A stretch of 64,000 nt of DNA from positions 14,120 to 78,119 of the forward strand of contig JAKAPK010000002.1 of assembly GCA_021807125.1 (NCBI GenBank). The letters run 5' to 3'. The notes under the pieces are model-generated. The model saw nothing but the letters and a program-made list of their open reading frames with translations, ran no database searches and was not told where the DNA came from. This DNA comes from Nanobdellota archaeon (GTDB lineage Archaea > Nanobdellota > Nanobdellia > Parvarchaeales > Parvarchaeaceae). Positions 58,147 to 64,000 of this stretch are shown here, piece after piece. Each line of letters opens with the position of its first letter. Position 1 is the first letter of the stretch. The position numbers and the translations under genes were made by a program.

Positions 58147-60459
58147 ATGAAAAACTTCTTGGATTCTCTTGATAAATTTGTTTATAAGAATAAGAAATAC
58201 ATAATAATTTGCTGGATTATAGTTTTTGTATTATCTGTCCCGTTTGCTATAAAACTTTTTAGCGTTGTCTCGTACAGTATAACTAGCAGCCCTTCAAATT
58301 CCAATTCTTCATCAAACAGTACAGACAACACACAAATAATTCTCATACTTAACAAAAATGTATTGTCCTCTTCATCAGAAAGTTTTGTGAACAAATTATC
58401 GGCAAACATAACAAATAGCAATATAACTTCTATATTTTCAATAGACCAAGAGCTGTTATACCGCGTTTATTACCTAATAAATGCATATTCACAGACAACA
58501 CTAAGCGCTTTGTACAATGAATTCAACGTTAGCCCAGCCACTGTTTCACCTGTACTTAATGAAACCATAATAAGACTGGCTTCTGCGCATCTTTCAGCAC
58601 TCGCAGTGAATATGAGTGCAGAATATAATTTTGAAACCGGCGGCTCTCTTAATAATTTTACCTATGGGATACTGAAAGGATATGTCAATTCTTCACCAAG
58701 TTACATAGTCAACAAGTATAATGTATCCAATTTCCCCGTTTTTGCAAGCAGACAGGTCAGTCTTGGGTTTGTAAATCCTAATAAAACCGCTATGATAATA
58801 ATCGTACAAAACGCCAATTATTCTTCTGTCGAGAACTCGGTTGGCAAGCTTGCTAGCAATTATAATTCAACTGCATATGTCAGCGGCGCAAGTGCGATTG
58901 CGAATGGGATAGAGAGCAGCACTCTTATAGGCACTTTCCTTGCAATTGCAGTCGGCGTTATGATAGCAATTCTAGTTACTGGACTGATATTCCGATCTCC
59001 CGTAGCTGCGTTCGTCCCTCTCTTAATATTCGGCATAGATTTGAGTGTAGCTTATTCTATTTTTTATCTCGTGTTCAGTAGGATTTTAAACACGCAAATA
59101 TCATTCTTTGACCCTACATTGACTTCGATATTGATGCTTGGTCTTTCTACAGATTACTTGGTTTATATTTTATATCGATACAGACAGGAACGCGGAGCGG
59201 GTATAAAACAAAAAAAATCCACTTATCTTGCGATGCGCTGGTCTGGCGAAGCAGTATTCTTCAGTGGCATAACTGTAATAAGCTCGTATGTATTACTTTA
59301 CATACTTAACCTTGCATTCGTGTCCAGTTCGGGATTAACAAATGCAGTTGGAATAATGATAGTCGTCTTGTCTGCACTTACACTCCTTCCAGCTATGCTG
59401 TATACCTTTGGGGATAAACTTATGTTTCCAAATAAATACAAGATGAAAACTGATGGACTGGGCATATTCCACAAAATAGCAGAATTTGACAACAAGAACG
59501 CAGTGCCGATAATAATAATATTCGCAATAATAGCTATGATATCAATCTACTTTTTCTTTACGTTTATGCCCGATTTCAACCTTCTCGGCTTAATCCCTAA
59601 TTCGCAAGCCACCCAGACGTTGTTGACTGCTCCCAGTAAATTCGGTTATGATCCAATAAACAGCATGCTCGTAACAATATACCCCGGGGCTTATTCTGCT
59701 CAAAACATTGTTCAAGGAATAAACAACACACCTGGAGTTTATACTGCTATTTACAATAAAGCCTTAAATGGAACTACATATGTAAATGTCTTTTTTACAA
59801 ACAACGGTTTTTCAAGAGGGGCTTTGACTACGTACAGCTCTATAAATAACTTGCTTACAAAATCTGGAGTTAGTTACAATATGACGGGACTACCAGCATT
59901 TGTAGGTCAAAGTTTCTATAGTATATACAACCAAATACCGTTGATGATTTTAGTGCTTGGAATCGTAATCTTTGTTATACTTTTTATCCTTCTAATAGCG
60001 TTTTATACTCCTCTTCGTTTGGTCCTTATGCTAATCTCTATTTTATCCATCGCCAATGCGATAACCGTGTTCATATTTTATTTTGTTTATTCTCTCCCCT
60101 TTATAGTCATAGCACAAATATTTCTCATAACAAACATAATGGGTGTTGGAATAGACTATGATATATTCTTAGTACTACGCATAAGAGAAAACGTTAAACG
60201 TGGGATGAAAAATGAAATCGCAGTAAAACGCGGGCTTGAAAAAAGCGGTCCTGTGATTATTAGCATTGGACTTATATTAGCTGCCGTGTTTTTTGCCATA
60301 GCCAGCAGCGGTATACCATTACTGGCCGAAGTTGGTTTTATAGTCGGAATAGGTATAATAACTGATACATTTATATCTGTGCTGTTTATTATACCATCGA
60401 TGATGATGATATTATCTAAGTATAACTGGTGGCCATCAAAAATAAGAAAAAAATTATGA
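58147..60459 (+). CDS. MMPL/RND-family transporter
   Basis: Two repeats of TM1 + large loop + 5 TM; LGLSTDYLVYILYRYRQE and GVGIDYDIFLVLRIRE; NWWPS C-terminus. Confidence 0.93.
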   Translation: MKNFLDSLDKFVYKNKKYIIICWIIVFVLSVPFAIKLFSVVSYSITSSPSNSNSSSNSTDNTQIILILNKNVLSSSSESFVNKLSANITNSNITSIFSIDQELLYRVYYLINAYSQTTLSALYNEFNVSPATVSPVLNETIIRLASAHLSALAVNMSAEYNFETGGSLNNFTYGILKGYVNSSPSYIVNKYNVSNFPVFASRQVSLGFVNPNKTAMIIIVQNANYSSVENSVGKLASNYNSTAYVSGASAIANGIESSTLIGTFLAIAVGVMIAILVTGLIFRSPVAAFVPLLIFGIDLSVAYSIFYLVFSRILNTQISFFDPTLTSILMLGLSTDYLVYILYRYRQERGAGIKQKKSTYLAMRWSGEAVFFSGITVISSYVLLYILNLAFVSSSGLTNAVGIMIVVLSALTLLPAMLYTFGDKLMFPNKYKMKTDGLGIFHKIAEFDNKNAVPIIIIFAIIAMISIYFFFTFMPDFNLLGLIPNSQATQTLLTAPSKFGYDPINSMLVTIYPGAYSAQNIVQGINNTPGVYTAIYNKALNGTTYVNVFFTNNGFSRGALTTYSSINNLLTKSGVSYNMTGLPAFVGQSFYSIYNQIPLMILVLGIVIFVILFILLIAFYTPLRLVLMLISILSIANAITVFIFYFVYSLPFIVIAQIFLITNIMGVGIDYDIFLVLRIRENVKRGMKNEIAVKRGLEKSGPVIISIGLILAAVFFAIASSGIPLLAEVGFIVGIGIITDTFISVLFIIPSMMMILSKYNWWPSKIRKKL

Positions 60460-61214
60460 ACATCTTTGATAAGATATTCAGAAAAAACAAGCAAGAAGAA
60501 GTAGCATACGCCTATGATGGCAAAGACAAACTGTCGATAGTAAAAACGGGGGCGAACAAGGAGTTACGATTCAATAACATCGTTTATTCAAAATTGTCAG
60601 AAGATTCTGTGTACACTGGTAGTTATTGGGACTATTTCACTCCACTTCCTGCACTATATGAAGAACCTAAAATATTAATGATAGGACTTGGCGGCGGCAC
60701 TATAGCGATACAATTTCTGAAACTATTTCCAAACAAAAATCTACATATAGATGCTATAGAAATAAGTGAAAAAATGATAAAACTAGCTAAGGATTTTGGA
60801 CTAAGAGAAAACAAAAAGGTCGACGTGATAAATGCTGACGGGCTGGAATACGTGAAAAAAAGGAAAAACGTGTATGACATAATAATATTAGACGCATATA
60901 CTGCTGATAGAATACCAGCACCATTTATACAAGACGAATTTATAAATGACTGCGCTGCGGCGCTTACGAATGATGGGATACTCGCGATAAACTATGCGTT
61001 AGGATTCACTGCAATTGTATATTTAGAACCTTATCTCTCCAGATTAAGAAAGTTATTCAAAGTTTACAAAATAACACCGCCTATGTCGGGTAATATGATA
61101 ATAATCTGTTCAAAAAGTCTTGACAAAGAATCAATAAAAAATAAATTACTTTCTAAGGTAAAAAATACCGGCGACAATTCTCACGTTATAAATGAATATG
61201 CGTCTCTAAATTAA
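60429..61214 (+). CDS. Spermidine-synthase-like SAM-dependent transferase (likely start 60456)
   Basis: ILMIGLGGG, DAIEI, ADG, YDIIILDAY. Confidence 0.85.
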   Translation: MAIKNKKKIMNIFDKIFRKNKQEEVAYAYDGKDKLSIVKTGANKELRFNNIVYSKLSEDSVYTGSYWDYFTPLPALYEEPKILMIGLGGGTIAIQFLKLFPNKNLHIDAIEISEKMIKLAKDFGLRENKKVDVINADGLEYVKKRKNVYDIIILDAYTADRIPAPFIQDEFINDCAAALTNDGILAINYALGFTAIVYLEPYLSRLRKLFKVYKITPPMSGNMIIICSKSLDKESIKNKLLSKVKNTGDNSHVINEYASLN

Positions 61215-61216
61215 TT

Positions 61217-62686
61217 ATGTCAAAACTAGACTCAAAATCGCCTACTCTAAAAAGGATATCGGATATAATATGGGAAGTATCTCCTTCTTTTAAAGAAGGA
61301 ATGCTGGTGCCAGCTAGAATTTATGGTACAGAAAAAATAATAAAAACAATTGACAAAGAGGTTTTTGACCAAATAACAAACGTTGCAACTTTGAGAGGTA
61401 TAAAGAAGTATGCTTTTGCGCTGCCAGACTGCCACTCAGGATATGGTTTTCCAATAGGGGGCGTAGCCGCTTTCGATGTTGATGAAGGAGGTGTAATATC
61501 TCCTGGAGGAACTGGATTTGATATCAATTGTGGAATGCGATTGATACTCACCGATATTACAAAAGAAGAAATCAAACCTAAGATAAAGGAACTTATAGAC
61601 GCACTCTTTAAAGCCGTACCTTCCGGCGTCGGCAGTTCTGGTGCACTAAATCTGACAAAGAACGAATTTAAGGAATTAGCTGTTGATGGTGCGGAATGGG
61701 CTGTTAAAAAGGAAGGTGGAGACACTAAAGACCTTAAAGCAACGGAAATGTATGGTGTTGCTGATTGGGCGGATGTTACAAAAATTTCTGAAAAGGCAAT
61801 TTCAAGAGGAATAAAACAGATAGGTACTCTTGGTTCTGGTAATCATTATTTGGAGATACAATATATAACTGAATCAAATATATTCGACAAAAAAATTGCG
61901 AAAAAATGGGGTATATTCGATGGACAGGTGGCTATTATGTTCCACTGTGGTTCTCGCGGTGCTGGTCACCAGATAGCTACCGACTATCTTCTAAAATTTT
62001 TAGATGTTATGGAAAGAAAATACGCTATAAAATTAAGAGATAAAGAACTTGCGTCTGCTCCGTTTTATTCTGAAGAGGGCCAAGATTATTACAAGGCTAT
62101 GGGCTGTGGTGTAAATATAAGTTTCGCAAATAGGCAAATAATATTTAACAGCGTAAGACACGTTTTTTCTTCAATATTTAAGAAAGACGCAGATAAGTTA
62201 GGAATACGACAATTATTTGATATAGCGCACAACAGACCTTCACTTGAAGAATATGAAATTGATGGCTTGCGCAGAAAACTTTTGGTACATAGGAAGGGTG
62301 CGACTGCTAGTTATTATAAAGGCAGAAAAGAAATACCTGTGCAATTCAGAAAGGATGGATCTCCAGTTATAATAGGTGGTTCGATGGAAACTGGATCGTA
62401 TCTCTTAATAGGAAAAGAGGGTGCTAAGGAGACATTCTGTAGTACTGCACATGGAAGTGGGAGAACTATGAGCAGAACTGCCGCAAAAAAAGCGTTTAGT
62501 GGTGAAGATATAATTAAATCCATGCTTTCCAATGGTATATACGAAAAAAGTGCTTCTATGGCTGGAATAGCAGAAGAAGCAGGATTAGCTTATAAAGACA
62601 TAGATGAAGTAGCACTATCCGTAGAAACCGCAAATATCTCTAGTAGAGTAGCTAAATTGCTGCCTATTGGCGGTATAAAGGGATAG
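61217..62686 (+). CDS. rtcB: RNA-splicing/repair ligase RtcB
   Basis: PDCHSGYGFPIGG, DINCG, GTLGSGNHYLE, HCGSRG, HN, HRKGAT, HGSGR. Confidence 0.97.
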   Translation: MSKLDSKSPTLKRISDIIWEVSPSFKEGMLVPARIYGTEKIIKTIDKEVFDQITNVATLRGIKKYAFALPDCHSGYGFPIGGVAAFDVDEGGVISPGGTGFDINCGMRLILTDITKEEIKPKIKELIDALFKAVPSGVGSSGALNLTKNEFKELAVDGAEWAVKKEGGDTKDLKATEMYGVADWADVTKISEKAISRGIKQIGTLGSGNHYLEIQYITESNIFDKKIAKKWGIFDGQVAIMFHCGSRGAGHQIATDYLLKFLDVMERKYAIKLRDKELASAPFYSEEGQDYYKAMGCGVNISFANRQIIFNSVRHVFSSIFKKDADKLGIRQLFDIAHNRPSLEEYEIDGLRRKLLVHRKGATASYYKGRKEIPVQFRKDGSPVIIGGSMETGSYLLIGKEGAKETFCSTAHGSGRTMSRTAAKKAFSGEDIIKSMLSNGIYEKSASMAGIAEEAGLAYKDIDEVALSVETANISSRVAKLLPIGGIKG

Positions 62687-62688
62687 AT

Positions 62689-63117
62689 ATGTCACATAGC
62701 TTTGTAGAGGATGTTTCAATGGCGGATGTAGCTTTTAATGCTGAAAACCGCTCGCTTTCCGGTCTTTTCAAAGATTGCGCAAACGCAGTAACTGAGATAA
62801 TGATTAAGAACACAAAATCAATTTCTTGTAAAATAAAAAAAAGATTTGTCATATCGACAGACACACTGGAAAAATTGTTATTTGAGTTTATCAACGAAAT
62901 AATATTTTATAAAGACTCTGAGAATCTAATATTCAATAGATACAATATAAAAATTAATAAAGGGGTGTCATTTACTCTACAGTGCGAAGCGTGTGGAGAA
63001 AAAATGAACACATTAAAACATGAGTACATAGTGGATGCGAAGGCCGCCACAATGCATATGTTAAACATAAAAAAACGAGGGAAAACATGGAGAACTACGG
63101 TGGTGATTGACATATGA
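62689..63117 (+). CDS. Archease (RtcB cofactor)
   Basis: MADVAF, DAKAATMH, C-terminal VVIDI; adjacent to rtcB. Confidence 0.93.
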   Translation: MSHSFVEDVSMADVAFNAENRSLSGLFKDCANAVTEIMIKNTKSISCKIKKRFVISTDTLEKLLFEFINEIIFYKDSENLIFNRYNIKINKGVSFTLQCEACGEKMNTLKHEYIVDAKAATMHMLNIKKRGKTWRTTVVIDI

Positions 63118-64000
63118 CTACAAAAGGAATCGCAATACATTACAATGAGATAGCACTTAAAGGCAAAAACAGACCGAAATTCGAAAAGATGTTGTATTAT
63201 AACATAGAAAGAGCTACTCAGAAAAAGCCAGAAAGATATAACGGCAGACTTATTCTAAAAGATGCCACCGACTCGGACAAGAAAGCAGTTCTTCTTACCC
63301 CTGGTGTTGCGTGGGCAGGCGACGCACTTATAATACCTAGAGACATTAACTTACTAAAAAAAGCAGTAAGAAAAATAGGTGTCGGAAAACAAGTTGAGTA
63401 CGACGTAAAAAGAGTGGATAAGAAATTCGAAAAAACGTCTCTAGATCTTAAATCCTTACTTCAAAGAGACGCGGGTTTAGAACCTAAGAAAGGCGGTTTT
63501 AAAATGCGGATTGATATAATGACTGATTCATTTATAATAAGTTATAATATTAAAAAGGGACTTGGTGGGCTTCCAATTGGCAGTGCGGGTAAGGCACTTT
63601 CTCTCTTTTCTGGGGGAATAGATTCATCTATAGCCCCTATTGAAATAATGAAACGCGGCTGTAAAGTGGATCTTCTCCATATTTATGCATTTCCAAACGA
63701 TTCGAGCGTAATGGAAAGTAAAATAGGGGAGATAGCTCGGCTTTTATCTAAATTCCATGATTGCAGACTTTATATTGCGCCATTTTATGTATTTGCGACG
63801 GCTGTAAATGACATAGATCCGCGATATGAACTAGTTTTATTCAAGCGGTTTCTGCTAAAGCTAGCTGAAGCTGTCGCTATAAAATATGGGTACAAAGCGC
63901 TTGTAACGGGGGATTCTTTATCGCAAGTGGCTTCACAAACTCTTGATAATATAAATGCTATAAGCTTTGGTATTGACATTCCTGTGTTTAGACCCTTAAT
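63114..64000 (+). CDS. thiI: tRNA 4-thiouridine synthase ThiI (runs off window)
   Basis: Hand translation from ATG 63114 (ATGA overlap): MTTKGIAIHYNEIALKGKNR...GGLPIGSAGKALSLFSGGIDS...TGDSLSQVASQTL. Confidence 0.94.
   Translation, partial: MTTKGIAIHYNEIALKGKNRPKFEKMLYYNIERATQKKPERYNGRLILKDATDSDKKAVLLTPGVAWAGDALIIPRDINLLKKAVRKIGVGKQVEYDVKRVDKKFEKTSLDLKSLLQRDAGLEPKKGGFKMRIDIMTDSFIISYNIKKGLGGLPIGSAGKALSLFSGGIDSSIAPIEIMKRGCKVDLLHIYAFPNDSSVMESKIGEIARLLSKFHDCRLYIAPFYVFATAVNDIDPRYELVLFKRFLLKLAEAVAIKYGYKALVTGDSLSQVASQTLDNINAISFGIDIPVFRPL

Noticed and set aside
1575-63979. Numerous 60-180 aa ORFs antisense to or nested in long genes (e.g. 9172..9444, 31171..31611, 39347..39859, 55757..56311)
   Set aside because: Shadow ORFs of well-supported genes or the tRNA; no motifs or independent signals.
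1-64000. CRISPR array, rRNA, IS/transposase, integrase or prophage
   Set aside because: No regularly spaced repeats, terminal inverted repeats or recognisable mobile-element proteins were seen.

Overview
Gene-dense, AT-rich archaeal chromosome segment, most likely from an acidophilic DPANN archaeon (Parvarchaeota/Micrarchaeota-like). This is inferred from Pelota, archease+RtcB, TrmB, a tricorn-factor-type aminopeptidase, KGQ-type class III signal peptides and thermopsin-like repeats. Content in order: two pilin-like/surface protein genes; peptidases; a kinase/HAD phosphatase/fused PLP-enzyme trio below tRNA-Glu(CTC); a lysine/amine catabolic cluster (lat, two ALDHs, HemL-like aminotransferase, saccharopine-DH-like enzyme) divergent from gdhA and an amino-acid permease; translation and nucleotide genes (pelota, asnS, Nudix, dcd, hisS); a frameshifted TFS-like mini-gene; a TCA supercluster (icd, acnA, 2-oxoacid:Fd oxidoreductase, sucCD, sdhA-x-y-sdhB, fumarase/aspartase, pck) interrupted by a 1361-aa pilin-anchored adhesin; a stand-alone nuoJKLMN module; ksgA, smc, Mug-type glycosylase, trmB, an MMPL transporter, a spermidine-synthase-like MTase, rtcB, archease and thiI. 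No CRISPR array, rRNA, integrase, transposase or reverse transcriptase was seen. Best leads: (1) a TrmB-effector-like domain fused to an MppP-like PLP enzyme, (2) the lysine/amine cluster, whose first ALDH has Gln in place of the catalytic Glu, (3) apparently heme-less SDH anchor subunits, (4) the unannotated TFS-like gene with a +1 frameshift. All family calls are by-eye motif recognition; no searches were run.
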